In this document: positions 49,052 to 63,819 of the stretch, in pieces | How positions within the stretch are numbered: the first letter of the stretch is position 1 | Layout: every line of letters begins with the position of its first letter | The notes under the pieces: model-generated | What the model was told of the DNA's origin: nothing | Seen by the model: only the letters and a program-made list of their open reading frames with translations | Databases searched by the model: none | Position numbers and translations under genes: made by a program | From: Zootoca vivipara | Lineage: Eukaryota | Length of the DNA stretch: 64,000 bases | Direction: 5' to 3' | NCBI RefSeq assembly: GCF_963506605.1 | Contig: NC_083278.1 | Coordinates: 80,848,001 to 80,912,000, forward strand

Positions 49052-52000
49052 GAGAAGGAACAGTCGAGATAGGGACAGAATTCTGGATTCTGTACGCGCA
49101 GGAAAGTGTCTTCACATAAAGCTTTCTGTCTCTAGAGATCTACTGTGTTGCATCAGATCTCTCTGAATATCTGATGTGGCTGTCTATTGGAGCGCTTAAG
49201 CTCTGCATTCACTTATGCTCAACCTGTACATTGGTAAATAAATTCAAATTTTACAAAAGGCCATAAACTGCCAGTGATCTCTTTGCCAATGAAACCAAAC
49301 CGGGGCAAGTACTCTACTCATGTAACTTCTCACCAGGAAGAGAAGAAGAGCAAACCTAACAGTATGAAGCAAGCCATATGGCAGTTCACTGGGAGTGCAC
49401 ACAAGAAGAGCAGTGGTGACTCAAAATTAAAGGCCTATCTAGTCCATAACCCCCTTTCTCACAGTGGCCAACCAGAGGCCTATGCTAAGCCCACAAACAG
49501 GACTTCAGCATGACAGCCTTCTCCTGCTGTTGTTCCCCCGTGTTTGATATCAGAGGCAGTGTGTCTCTGGTCTTGGAAGTAGCATTTGGCCATCACTGGA
49601 AGCTTCATCCTCCATGAAGTTGAACTTGAAGAAATTCCACACATTCCTGTTGGAGTTTTCCCCGTTCATTCCTCTTTGCTGCCTTCAACAAGGAGGAATT
49701 AATGGTACAGAAATGTTATGTGCTTTGGAATGTGGAGCCAATCCAGTTTTATGAATTTGTGCTAGTGAAATGGATTGTGAAAGCTATTTATTTAGGAAGA
49801 GAGCCCTCGCCCCTCTGTCAAGAATCCAAGCCCTTGGCAGGATCATTTCCTGGAGATGAAATGGCTCCTTTCCAGATTGTGCCTTGGCAGAGATTTGGGC
49901 TGTGCTTGGCCCTATGAGATTCCTCCTTACAGGGCATTATTTAATCAGTGACTATAATGATAATGTAATTATTGTACTTAATGCCTCATATTTTATACTG
50001 ATCATTTTCACAGATCATTGGTAACAGTTTTATAGAGCTTTACATATTTGTTTTTACAAGCTGTTACGCAAAATAGGCCTCTGGAATTACAGACCTTTGG
50101 ATAAGCACCCAAAGAATTATGTAATAGACATTGGTTTTGATCTAGGAATCCTCACATTCAGTAGCATGGAATCTGAATTTCAAGCATACGGGATTTTCGG
50201 TAGTTAGAAGGAAGGTTCAAACAATTATGTACTCTTGCACATGGGCAGCTGTGCTCATTAGCATGCATGCCCTGTGGATGCCCAGGACGGAGGTGAGAAA
50301 TGTTACTTTAGCAGTCACCAATCTTTGGAATTTTGAAAGCACCAATCACTCTGATTGCTTTGCTCCCTCTCACTAGTTTTCACCAACCTGGTGCCCTCCA
50401 GTTATTGTTGAACTACAACCAGCCAGCCATGCTGCTGAGAGTTGTACTCCAACAGCATGTGCAGGGCATTCCAGGTTGGCAAAGGCTGGCTTAGCATGAT
50501 GTCTAGATTAGCACTTGTGGCTTGTTTCTCTCTAAAGCACAACATAAAGCCAATATACAATTGTAATATAGTCAGGTTTGTTTAAGGCAACCTCAAATTG
50601 CCCCAGGTTGAATTGGGTTGACCGGAACTGAGCTGGGACTGTCAACAGGTGAGTGATCTGCATGGATTTCCTTCTTCACCCCCTAACTAGATTTAATTAC
50701 AGTTTAAAACCTAGGATTGGGGACACAAAGAGACACACACACAGGCAAACTGAATGATTCATATTTGCATTTTACATGTAACTTAAGCACACAATCCTAA
50801 GAATGTCTATTCGGAAGTAAGCCTTACTTACTCCCTTGTAAAGGTGAGAGAAAACTGAAGATGGATAAATGACCATATCCAGAGCCCCTTCAGGAACATC
50901 ACAATAGGATGGATTGGATGGTGGTGCAGAATTTCCCCTTTTCTCTTCCTGGGTTAAAACTACGTTGCTGCCGTTGTTTCCAATACATATGTCAGTTAGA
51001 GGCTTGGTGTGTGTCCCCACCTGCTCCCAATTTTCAAGACAATATGGGAGGAATACTATGGTTCCATCCTGGTACACTGAATCAATGCCCTATTTAAAAC
51101 TGGTTCAGAAGATTGTGAATGCAGATGGCGGGGCAAGGAAAGCTACAGCACTGATGTCATGATTTATGGCAATCATTTCAACAATTTCAGATAGCAATAA
51201 AGCAGAAATAGTATATATGCAATGAATAAATATACAGCCTTTTTGATAGCAGATCTTAGCTTTCAGTGCAGCAAGGGAACACACACTTTGGAATACTGGA
51301 ACACTCTGTTGTTAAAGTAAACAAGGGACACATTTAGAACTAAGTTCATTTGTCAAGTTGACAGGGCTTGGAAGCTCCCTGCATGCAAAATGAAGGAGCA
51401 TCTGGCTATCAAGAATATTTAAGTTCTTGCCTAGTTATCTCTCTTATTCTTTCATCTCCTAAAATGAGTGAAAGGTGTTAAGAAGCATCACTGCAGAAAA
51501 CAGAAACAGGTCCTCCGAACTCTCCTGAGGAGTTCATAGTTTTAGAGGCAAGGCAATGAAAATCAAACACCCTAACGCAGAAGATTAGGTTTGGTACCAG
51601 CGATAGGCAAAAGCTTACCCTTGTTCCAAGGAATGCTGGATAAGTGCCTGGAACCCCTGGAATATCACACTGCTTGGTGATTGGGGTGGTGTGCAACAAT
51701 ATTATAATTTCCTGGGCCATCAGTTTCTTACTCCCTGGACTTCCATGATAGCTAGTTGGAGAAGGAAACCAGAGCTGTTTTTAATTTTAACTGTGCTCAT
51801 TGTTAAATCACTTTGAGAGGTTTCCTAGGAAGCAATTAATAAATGGAAATAAATACATGAATAAATCTGCAGGTGCTTTGACCAGCTAATGTCAAGCCTT
51901 GGGGGTTAGTAATGGTAAGTCAGGAAATGACCTGTCTTCCTACTTTCTTCCTCAGGTAGCAGGCTAGCCATCTAATCTATACATACTTTGTGGGTCTCCT

Positions 52001-55000
52001 CCTATCTACTGTTTGAGCAGTAGCCCCTATACTGATAGCTTCCTGCAAATTTAGCTGATCATCCAACTCTGAGGTGTCTCCCCTTTGCTTTTATCTTCTT
52101 TTTTTTTACTAAACCTAATGAGGCTTTGACAAGTTAAGTGTCTCTGAAGAACTGATATAGATCTCCTTCCTGGCTCTGTGACCTGCACCTTACGATACAT
52201 ATGAGCTACTGAGACATATTGTTACTATTGGTCAACTATTCTTTGAAAAAAACACCGTATTACAGTATTTACATTAATTTAAAATAGTTTTGCTGCGAAG
52301 TATCACCATTTTTACTCCAAAACAAGTCCCCCTCTTCAGTAATACCTCTGTCATAATAAGTGGGTTTGGAATCACAGGCTTAGTTCTGTTTAGAAATAGA
52401 ATGATGCTGCTGTTAGGGGCACAGTTGGAGACAAAATTAAGTACTGTAGTGTGGCTGGGCCAGTAGTCTGACTTAGTACAGAAGTAGCTAGGGTGTGATG
52501 TGCTTAGTTTCACAGAAGTCAAACCTATGTATTATGGAGAAAGATTTGGATGGGACCTAGGGATGGGATCGATTTGGCAATTTTGGTTTCCTCTCTGTTT
52601 CTCACTTTTCCCCATCTTCAGTTCAGTTCCCCACATTTCCACATCAGTTTGTGAATTCTTTTAAAAGAAATTTATCATGAAAATTCATCTGTATTTTAGT
52701 GCAAATTTCTCCTAATACACAAATTTGTATGCAATTTTTGCCAACGTACCAATTTTTGAAAAACATATATAATGTACATTGTGTCTATATATAATTTGCT
52801 AATATCTGCAAATTTTATGTACCCCGGTATATACATTTTTGTACACATTACTTGACTGGAGAACTATGTTTCAAAATTCAGAGAAGTGTAAATTTCAAAG
52901 GATGATTGGCTGTGTTTTGGTTTGATTATTTATTTGGAAAGTGTGCATTTGGTAGGTTCACCTTTAAATGTAAACTGAGTTTAATTTCTTCCCCCATTCC
53001 TGGCAGCACCTCTTTTCTACCACATCAGAGCGATACAGCTCTAGATGCCACTGTTTTCCATTTAAAGTGAGAAATTGTTTTTGCAGCAAGAAACGCACAC
53101 TCTCTTCTCATTTCCATTGCTTAGTATTTTCACAAGTAATATATTAACAACCTGCAAATGAACAAATGAAACGAACAAATGGTGTTAAGAGTACAATCTG
53201 TCCATCTCACGGATGACAGAAAGTCATGACCTTTGCTGCCCTGTAAGATTCTGTTCAAATATAGAAGCATGTCAAAAAAATCACTGCATTCTAAAATTGG
53301 CTATTATATATTTTAAAAAAGAAATAATAGTGCACAATTTGTCCAAGAATGCAGTACACGATTGCCTCTTGGACAAAACACCAATAGCAATTAACATTAA
53401 TAAAGAGTCATAGAGCTCAATGTTAAAACAGCAAGCAATCCCAGCCAAGTTGTAATCATGTCTAATAGCAGAAAGGACATTCAGCTCTCCTCATTTGCCA
53501 AAGACCTTGACAACCTTTATGAAGGACTGTCTTGGAAAAGAGACGGTGACCTCCTTTGTGTTCAAGATTTTTTCTTTCCCCGCCCCCAATGAATATATGG
53601 CTCATTAGTCAATGTTGTAAGACAGCCAACCTTGAGATACACTCATTTAATATGGAGTCAAAACTGTCAACAGAAGGAGGCCCTTGACATCTTCCTGCCC
53701 TCCTTTGGTCCATCAAAAAGGGGAAATAAAGATTTAGATTGATTGATGGGGTTGGCTGAATGTCAATAAAGCTGGCTTCCTGCCAGTGATTATAATTTGT
53801 AGCCCTCATTCCTCAAATAACTTGTGTTTCAGACAAGAAGTTGGCAGGAGACACAGGTCCTGATCCAAGGAGAACAAACCATATACACTAAAGCAGGCTT
53901 TCTTTGTCTATAGCTTGAAATTCAAGGTTGGGGCTTCACAAAACAGAAAAAGGTCACATTGCCAGGCGTGCTTTTGCATGAAATCTCTGGATTGCCAGAG
54001 AATGACAGTCCATCAAGAACTTGCTCTTCAGCCAAAAGTTTTGAAATTCTCTGTGAAAGAGCTGCTAAATAACTAAAGACTGAAGATAAATAACAAGCGG
54101 TTTTAAGACAAAATTCATGATCCTAAAGGAAATAATCGATGTACCAATTTGAGCTGTCTTGTGCTTGTGCTTATGTAGCCAAAACCGGAGCACTGATGCA
54201 CAAAAGTACTAGAAGACTCAAGGTAATGCTGAGGTACACACAAGTACAGGGGTGAAAATGTACAGTGCAAGGGTGAAAATTAAAATGGGAACTCCAAAAT
54301 AATTCCATGCATAATTCCAAGGCATGAGAGATTGGAGAGCGAGGGAATGACAACTGGGTGGGAAGGGGAAATAGAATAAAGAGGTTGGATATATGATCAA
54401 TACACACACACACCCTGGCAATCAGAGATAGCTACTCATTCTCAGGCAACTGGAACGTCTTTTTAAAGCAGTCAGCAAGCCTTCTGCTATAGCATTCCAT
54501 AGGCTCTAAATCAATGCAGAGTACTATCAATAACTGTACTTAAACCACAGATCAGCAATCCTGGATCACATCTTTGAACCTTGGTTATCACCTGTGTTTA
54601 TCTGAGGGAGACAGTTACCTTCAAGCATATTATGACTGGTGGACCTTACTATATCAAACAAAACATCACTTGCAGGTCCTGCAATGTAATTTACATTGCT
54701 GAGTGGAAATGTCTATGGTGTCATGTTCAGTATGTGCGTAAAACAACAACTAATCTACACACGTATTTTAGGAAGCACAAATCTACAGTCTTAATGAAAA
54801 ATTGGAACAATCAATTGCAAATCAGTTCAATTCAGATGACCACAACTGAGCCGTCTCTGTAACAGAGATGCCACCTGATACAAAACCACTGGAAGTAACT
54901 GAAAACTTGTGGAGACCTAGACTTGATACCTTACTACCATATGGCCTAAACCCTGGGAACAGAACCAAAGATGCCCATTGTTGGAGATTCATTCCCCGTG

Positions 55001-58000
55001 TCTGCAGTCATGGGATTGTTGTCTATCACATGACGGTGTATGTTGCGACACATTTGGACATTCCAAGATGGTGACAGGCTATCTAGGATGCCGGAGACGT
55101 TCGGAGGGCTGGACTTTGCTCTCTCCGACCCCCACATGAAGTGGGAGGCACTGGTTCCTGTTCTGGCGGGAGGACTCTCCAGAACGGAAGGAAGAGAAGG
55201 GGAGTGACTGTGACATCATCCCAACCATCAATGCAACCAGCAGGTGGCACTGCTGAGGTTGAAACAGTGGAAATTTTGTCATGTGAGAAGTTTGGACTGA
55301 GTCCAAATGTCAGGAACATTTGCAGCATTTCCAACAGGCAACATGAAGCAAGGCCAGGGATGCGGAGCTGCAGTGCAGAGATGGTGCCCAGCTGTTCCAG
55401 TGCTGAGGTGCAAGAATCTTTTGTGCAAGATTCTGAGGTGATGGCACACCTTTGTGGAAGATGGAACTGATTCACCACATGTACACTACAGAAGGAACTG
55501 CTCTACCAGTCGAGTGGAGACTCCTTGGAGGTGCATAACACCTGGACCGTGGAACTGAAAAGCTGTAACATTGTGGTGTCTAGTGTGTTTTTCATTCCAG
55601 ATCGAGTTGCTTAGTTCTGTTACGCATGCTCTGCAGATCCGTAAGTGTGCTGATGTTTCTTGGCATCAGTCGCTGTGGTGTTCGGGCTGAAGAAAGCTTT
55701 TGAAGCTCCCGAACGATCGACCAGGAGGGAGGAAACATGCCAGTTGGGCATGTGTCTCTGCCAGGGTCCTACTCGTGTGTAGGAGATCTTAACACCATGT
55801 CCATGTAAGATAGCTTCGGTTGCAAACACACAGATGTACAAATCATTATGATTTATTTTATTTATAAATCATTTCCTTTGAAGCATCTCAAAGTGATGAC
55901 CCAATACATTAAAAATATATAGAAAAGAATGCATACAGAAAAAATAATTACAAGAATAAAACAGTTTAAAAATACACATATTTTTAAAAAGTTCAAATTC
56001 AATAGAGATACAGATTGGAGTAAAAACCTCCACTTGTAAAGGTTATTGAAAGAGGAAAGTCTTCAACAGGCAAATGCATATGTGAGCTATCAAGGGGCTC
56101 CAGCAGATGTAAGGGGGGGTACTAAAACATGGAACCAGCACTAAGTATAGGTTAGGTATCTTTTAAAAGTACATTGAACGGTAAGTACTCTTGATTGTAC
56201 TTGAATGACTACCTATTTTGATTTTAAATTTATCCCTTAAATTAGAATCTCATTATTTCCTTCTCTTTAGGAAAGCCAGAGGCCACACTATTATTTTTTA
56301 GAGCAGGAAACCCATACATGCTCCAATGAAATAGTATTCATTTGGGCATTTCATTTAATTGCAAATGGTTTAATTAGAATATTCCATTACTTATCTTATT
56401 AGTATTCATGTAGACTGATTCCCTATTACAGTGTTTTTCAACCTTTTTTGGGCAAAGGCACACTTGTTCCATGAAAAAAATCACGAGGCACACCACCATT
56501 AAAAAAGTTAAAAAATTTGAGAAACGCTGGCCTAGGGGAGGGGAATGTCTGTGCCACTAGCTGTGCGGAGCCTCCATTTACAGCAGCAGTCTATCCCCAA
56601 TAATTTAGGTGCCAGGGGTTAAACAAGTGGAGACAAGGCATTTTCATAAGAACCTAATGAGAGCCCGCTGGAGCAGGCCAGTGGCCCACCTAGTCCAGCA
56701 TCCTGCCCTCACAATGGCCATCCAGAGGCCCCATTGGGAAACCCACAAGCAGGATTCAGGCACAAGACTACTTTTCCCCTCCTGTAGTTTCTGGCACCTG
56801 GCATCCAGAAACACTGCTGCTTCCAAATGTGGCAGGGCAGAGGAGAGCCCTCAGCAGGTCACCCTCTCCTCCACGAAACCCACCGATGTTGGTGGTCATC
56901 ACTGCCTCCTGTGGGAGGGAGTTCCTAAGTTTAACAATGTGCTGCAGTTAGGAAGTCCGTCCTTTTACCTTCACTTCCAGTGCCAGGACCTCTGACCTGC
57001 TCTGCGTGCCCTTCTCACGTGCACTGCAAGGTTTGCTCCCTTAAGGGAGAGGATCTAGGGGAGAAAGGGGGTGCTTCCCTCCTGCACCCCCACCCTAGCC
57101 CCCCACCATCCCTTGTCTCTCCTCCTCTGCACCTTTCCAACACCCTCCACCCACCCAAGGTCCCTTTATTATTGAACCTGGTGGTCATCTGCTCACCCTA
57201 CTGCTCAGCCATTCTGCCCCCTCCAGCGAGGAAGATGAGTCCATTACTGACCTCCCCTTCCGCCCGCCCCCACTAGCGTTATTAAGCCTCTCTAGGAATT
57301 GGATTCTTTGGATTTAACCATTATAGATCCACTTGAAATTCCCTTTTCCCCCACCCCCACAAGTGGTGCCTCCCGGGCCGAATTTCAGGGCAAGAAATTA
57401 ACTTTACCTTTTCACGCAGCTTGCTACATTTGTACGTAAGTGAAGAAAGAATGCACATATCGAGTCAGCAAGAGGAGTGAGAGCGAGACAAACAGCAGCA
57501 GCAGCACCCGCCGGCCGCCTCTCACGTCCGAGGCCGTGGTGGTGGCTGTTGAGAGCTGCGCTCGCCCCGCGTCGTGACCCGGACGGCTTCCTTTCTGGCG
57601 GGTCAGCGCTCCCTAATGGCGGCTGCCAGGCACGTGACAAGGCAGCATATTGCCCTTCTCGTCGTCGCACGTCGCGTCACACCAGCCAGCGTCTTGCGGC
57701 ACACTAGTGTGCCGCGGAACAGCGGTTGAGAAACGCTGCCCTATTATGTTGTTTATAAAAGCCTTATAAGCTACGTTTTGCACATAAACAGTCACTATGT
57801 TGTGCTTGGATGATATGCTTGTGACACATATTCCAAAAAGTTATTTTTCATATAGGTAAAGGGATCCCTGACCATTAGGTCCAGTCGTGACCGACTCTAG
57901 GGTTGCGCGCTCATCTCGCATTATTGGCCGAGGGAGCCGGCGTATAGCTTCCAGATCATGTGGCCAGCATGACAAAGCCGCTTCTGGCAAACCAGAGCAG

Positions 58001-58812
58001 CACATGGAAACGCCGTTTACCTTCCCGCTATAGCGGTTCCTATTTATCTACTTGCATTTTGACGTGCTTTCGAACTGCTAGGTTGGCAGGAGCTGGGACC
58101 AAGCAACGGGAGCTCACCCCGTCACAGGGATTCGAACCGCCGACCTTCTGATCAGCAAGCCCTAGGCTCAGTGGTTTAACCCACAGCGCCACCTGGGTCC
58201 CTATTTCTCCCTCCCCATATAAATCCTACAAAAGTTGGATTATCACCACCTACTTCCAAAGGGGTTGTCTGTTCAGCAGCAGAAGAAAAATTCTAGAGAT
58301 GCTTGTGAAATACATTCACTGGTGTGGCAGTATGATGTTAATGACTGGATACTATGAACTGCTTAGAAAACAGAAATGCAGGAGTGGTCCCAATGGTATT
58401 TCAATGGTTCAGCAGAGTATTTTGATGTTGCTGTACCAGTATCAGACACCAGATGGGACCTCTGCCACATTAAATATCAATGAGTGAAAAGGGAGGTGGT
58501 AGAGGAGTAGTGGCACACAGGTGGGGTGGAGCTGCCCTTCTAACACTAGCCCCATTGATGCTTAGCAGGACGGGTCTGAATGGTAGTAAAGCTGGGGCTG
58601 CGACGGTGCCAGTGAGAACACAAGATTGGCGGTGATCCTACTGATGCAATCACATGACCATGATCTCGCCACTGTTCTGTTATTATTATTATTATAATTA
58701 ATTAAATTTATATACCGCTCTATAACTTCAGGTCTCAGGGCGGTTCAACCGTTCCAACCATGTCCAAGTAAACAGCTGTCACACCAGTGTCATGAGGTTG
58801 TCTATGCCTCAC

Positions 58813-58860
<48 letters not shown>

Positions 58861-61165
58861 GAGAGGAGTGGGGACACCACACTTACGGAAAAACTCTTGA
58901 AACAACTGCAACAATTATGTGGTGCAACACTCACTGTGATAATTAGGGTAGACATGTTACGGTGCCATTAATACACCATCCTATTTTCTCAACACCAGAA
59001 TAAGGTTGATCTCCAGGTATAGCGTAAATGGCTCTGAACTCTTAGAACAGGCTGAAAAATAATTTTAGAAATAAACAGAACGTGTTCGTCAGTACCAACT
59101 TTTCCCATGAGCAGCAGTAGAACTGCTGTGATGTGCACTTTTATTTCCCCATGTATTTTAGATTTTTGTTTCAATTCTGTTGGGTTGCTAATTTAGTTAT
59201 TTCATGAATTATTTGTTTTAGCTTGCTATTGTTATATATATATTTGTATGAAAGCCACTCTAATAATGCCTGTTTAAGTATACTATTTTAATTAATTAAT
59301 TAATCAATCAATCAATCTTTCTAGTCCTTGTGGCTGCAATAAGGAGTTTGGGTGGTGGAAGAGGAAATGCAGGAAGAGAAGACCCTAGAATTTGAAACAA
59401 TACATTATAATCTGGTTGACTTTCCAGTAAGGTATTTACATGTACAGTATTGCTCTCCTAAGCCTTGTCCATATCAATGTTCTTGGCTGTCACATCCTGC
59501 TCCTCTACTGTCCACTCTGCTCTGTTCTGAGGCTTTGATGTGTCTACAATGAAAAAAAGGGAACTGCACAGGGCTGCCCCAATCATGAGAGGTAATGATG
59601 AGACCACTTAGATAGCCCGGTGTGTGTGTGTGTGTGGCAAATTGGCACATGCCTTGGCCCTTCATTCACATCACTATCGGCCACCAATGCTGCTGATGCT
59701 GCCAGTGCCATAACCCACTGACCTGGTGAGGCAAGAAGTGCCCTTTCCACCTCTTCCTGCTTTACTCTGAGGAGGGACTCACCTGGCCCTTCCTCAGAGC
59801 AAAGCAATAAAGAGGTGGTGTAGGGAGTACTGGATAAACCATTTGTGCCACTGCTAATGTGGTGGTGGCCAAAAAAAAAAAGTCAGCAAGAAGGAATGGT
59901 TGGCAGGGTAGAAGATGACAGTGGTGCCACAAGGAGAACTGGAGAGAAGCAGAGCCACTAACCACCCCCAGCCACACAATGCTTGCACTGCCCCCCCATG
60001 ACAATCTGGGAAAGCAATGGACTTTCCATTCCGTGGCTCTGGAGCTGCTACCAAAAAGAAAAGCAGCAACCCAACAGAATTACACACACACTTAAGTTCA
60101 CTGATTGCAAAAAGGATCGGCATCTTTTGATTGGATTGTGGACAGTCAGTGTACAGGTGAAACCCGAAAAATTAGAATATCGTCGAAAAGTTCATTTATT
60201 TCAGTAATTCAACTTAAAAGGTGAAACTAATATAGGAGAAACTTATGACATGCAAAGTGAGATATGTCAAGCCTTTATTTACTGTACTGTATTGTAATTG
60301 TGATGATTATGGCATACAGCTGAAGAAAACCCCACATTCACAATCTCAGAAAATTATAGTGTTTAGCTACTCAATCCATAACACCTGCAAAGGGTCCCTG
60401 AGCCTTTAAATGCTTCAGTAGGAATCACAATCATGGGAAAGTTTTCGACAATATTCTAATTTTTCGAGTTTCACCGATATATGAGAGGGGTGTGCTTCAC
60501 ACTAGGCAATGATATCCTGCCTCTTTCTCTTTGCAAAGTGTCCATCCTTAGGAAGGGAAAGTGCCAAAGTTGCCTTATGCAGACGCCAAGAGCAAAACAC
60601 TTGCCTCACCTGAACATATATATTTTAATTGATACATACATATGTATGTATACACACACACACACACAACTTTAAAAGGACAAAATGGTGCCTCCCACTC
60701 TCTTTCCCCATATAGAAGCCAACTGGAGTAGCAGTTTAATTTTAAGTTAGCACTGGGGAGAGGACACTTTATCCTGCCTTGAAGGAAGGCAGTCGGACTT
60801 AAAGAAGGAACCCACCTGCTGCTTAGCGCTCCAAATGCCTGCCTGCTGCTCCTCCTCAGCACCTCCTGCCCGAGAAACCACTTTGCCCAGGCCAATGGTA
60901 GGGCCGACTCTGCCTATGCCCTCTTTGCTCCCCTCTACACTGGTAGGCAGACACAGATATTATTGTAGGTAGGGCTTTCTTTTCAGTGGGAACTCACGGG
61001 AGCTCAGTTCCAGGACCTCTCAGGTGGGAGCCATTGCCATTCTAAGAGAACAGGTGTTCATGGTGAGTTCTGGCACCTCCTTTTCTAGGGGAAAAAAAGC
61101 ACTGATTGTAGACACCTTGAACTCATACGCCTTTTAATGAGAAAAACTAATGCACCTACAACCCG

Positions 61166-62146
61166 TACCGCCTTGTTTGCAAGGCTTCGTATATAATAAT
61201 CGGGTTTAGGGCTCAGGTCGCACTGAATATTTCCCGCCGGCGCCAGCCGCACGGCACGAGCCGCAAGCGGTGCCTCGAGTTGCCGCGCCAACATCCCTCG
61301 TGCGCGTCTACACACTACTTGGGAGTCGCCCCACGCAACCGAAACGTGCCAGCTCGAGCCGCACAGGGATCCGCGTTCCTTGCCACATGCGGCATGCGCG
61401 CGCAATTCCCGGCCCGGGAATAGGTTTTCCGCCAGCACCTGACGCCGAACAGCGTCGTTGCGCATGCGTTGCTGCCCTCTCTCCCACCGACCGACCCGCC
61501 CACCTCTCCCAGGTTGCTTAGCGCGACTGGCATGGCGGCTCCCTAAGGCCGCTTAGTGCACATGGGTTAGACTCGCCACGCGTCAAAAAAAAAAAAGGGA
61601 AAGGAAAGGAAGCGGCTTCTCCTCCGTCTCGTCTGTGCAGCAGGAGCGCGCGGCTGCCTCCGAGAAAATGCGGGCGTTGGAGCGTGTGTTGCTGAGGGGC
61701 TTCCCCAGCGCAGCGGAGTCACCGCGGTGGAAGCAGAACGAGGCGGCTTCGGCTGCAGGTAAGGCTTCGGCGAGGCAGAGCCAGCCTTCGTCGCTTATCC
61801 TCAGGCGCCCGTTGCCTCTCGCCCTGGCAACGGGATGTGAGCCGTGCCAAAGCTCATGGTAGGGCAGAGGGAGGAAGGGGAGGCGGCGCTTCATCTGCCG
61901 GCAGGGCCCCCTTTCCTTCGTCCTGCCTCCCCTTCCCCTGGTACCTACTTGAGTGGGGAGTGGGAACAGGGGGCGGCGTGTCCGCGTATGTCTCCCAAAG
62001 GGAGTAGTCGCTGGGGTTATTTATTTGCGGGGTTGCTGCTGCTGCAACCCTGGCAGTCGTTGGAGGTGCCAAGGGTATAGTGCTGGAGGCAATTGTCAGT
62101 GATGCCTGCTTGTGTTCCGGGATGGATAGGAGACAAGGAGTCATGG
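61166..62146 (+). promoter_or_regulatory. TTC27 CpG-island promoter, copy B
   Basis: Identical to copy A. Confidence 0.85.
61668..61758 (+). CDS. TTC27: TTC27 coding exon 1, copy B (presumed intact gene)
   Basis: Identical to 23522..23612. Confidence 0.9.
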
Positions 62147-63819
62147 GGGCGTGGAGAGGCAGTGAGTCTGACCCCCAACAATCAGTGGATCTCATTGTCA
62201 CTTTTTCTCCTCTCCCCCGAAAAATAAAATGGGGGTTTACTTGAGCTTCAGTAGTGGGTACGAATGTCGCTCGTTATGATAAAGACTGCCCCTGGGATGC
62301 TGGGGCACGACGTTGCTTCGTAAATGATTGAACTGCCAAGTTTTTTGCTAACCTTTATTATAACTTAAGTATGTCATGCTATTTCGTGCTTACTGTCTGA
62401 CTGTTACAGATAGGCTCCGAGAAGTCGCAAAAGCCTTTAGTGATCCTCCTCTCGGTACTGTTGTTGCCACAGAGACTATTTCCAGTTCAGAATTTTCCTG
62501 ATCATGGAATGCAGTAGCCACGTATTAACAGTGCAATATTTTGTAAACCTCCTCATGAGATGCGCCAGCATGACAAGTTGCTGTTAACTGGTGTTTTGAG
62601 CAGTGCTGTTTTTCTAGAAAAAAAATGCCAGAACCCACCATGAGCACCTCTATCATTCTCTAGAATGGCAATGGCGCTCACTTGAGAGGTGCCAGACAGA
62701 TATTCCTTAACTTTGGTTATGCTATTAGAGGTCTGTAAAGGTGACAGTAGATATCAGGTTGGATTTCTAACATAGAGGCCCAGTGTGGATTATCATTCAA
62801 GGTTTCAGAAACCTTGGTTTATGAGCGTTTGGCCCAAGCACTCTTTCCCTGCCTCTTCCCTTCTCCCTTTGCACACTGGCTTCTGTGTGAAATCCAGTTC
62901 TGTAGCTACTCTCCTAAACTACAGTTCCCTGCTGCATCCAAGCTGGGAAACTTTGCACAGGAGCCAACTCCTAAGGGCCAAGGTCCCTTTGCCCCTCCCA
63001 AAATAAAATATTTGAGGGGGCCAGGGGTCCCCAAAGTTGATGAACATTGCCATTCAAATGGTGCGAGTGCACAGTGTATTGTGATCAATTATGTGAGTAG
63101 GGCTTACCTACCCCCTTCCAAATATTGTATTCAAGTTGGCACCCTTGGGCCCAAGTACATTGCCTTAGAGCACAGTGACCCCCCCTTTTGGGCTATGGCA
63201 CTCCCTCTTAACTAAGATTCATTTGTCACCCATATATTTAGATGTCAACATAAGACATATTTATTTTTTCCAGGGTTTTGGTAGCTAGCTGCATGTTTTA
63301 ACAGAGAGGGTTTTTTTGTCCACTACTTTGTGTCTTAAAGGTTGTTCCTAATCTGTCAATGTTTTAAATGACTGTTCTATGATGCTTTGTGTGTGTGTTG
63401 TTAGCCACCCCGGGGTCTTCAGGGAAGGACAACATATAGTAACGATAGTTAGATATAATACACGTTGCTATCTGAAAGAGGGTCTTGTAGGACCATCAAG
63501 TATAGAATCTAAAATTACCTAGCTGCACCACTGCTTGCAAAGAATGTGTGAGGGTTAAGAGCAGCTGAACAGCTGGTTCTTGTTTACAAATTTCAATCTC
63601 TTTAAAATCTTTGTTGTAAGCACACCATAAGAGTCCAGTATGAATGTTGTTTTAATTTAGTAAATGTCAATGGGTATTTTTCTAAAGCAACCCAAAGTCT
63701 TTTCCTCTGATATGAGATGTCTTAGAATACAACACTATAATTGTATAGGATTAAGTCTCTTTTAAGTAAGGTACGATTGCCCCGAGTATACATTAAATAA
63801 AATGTATGTTTTATTTTAG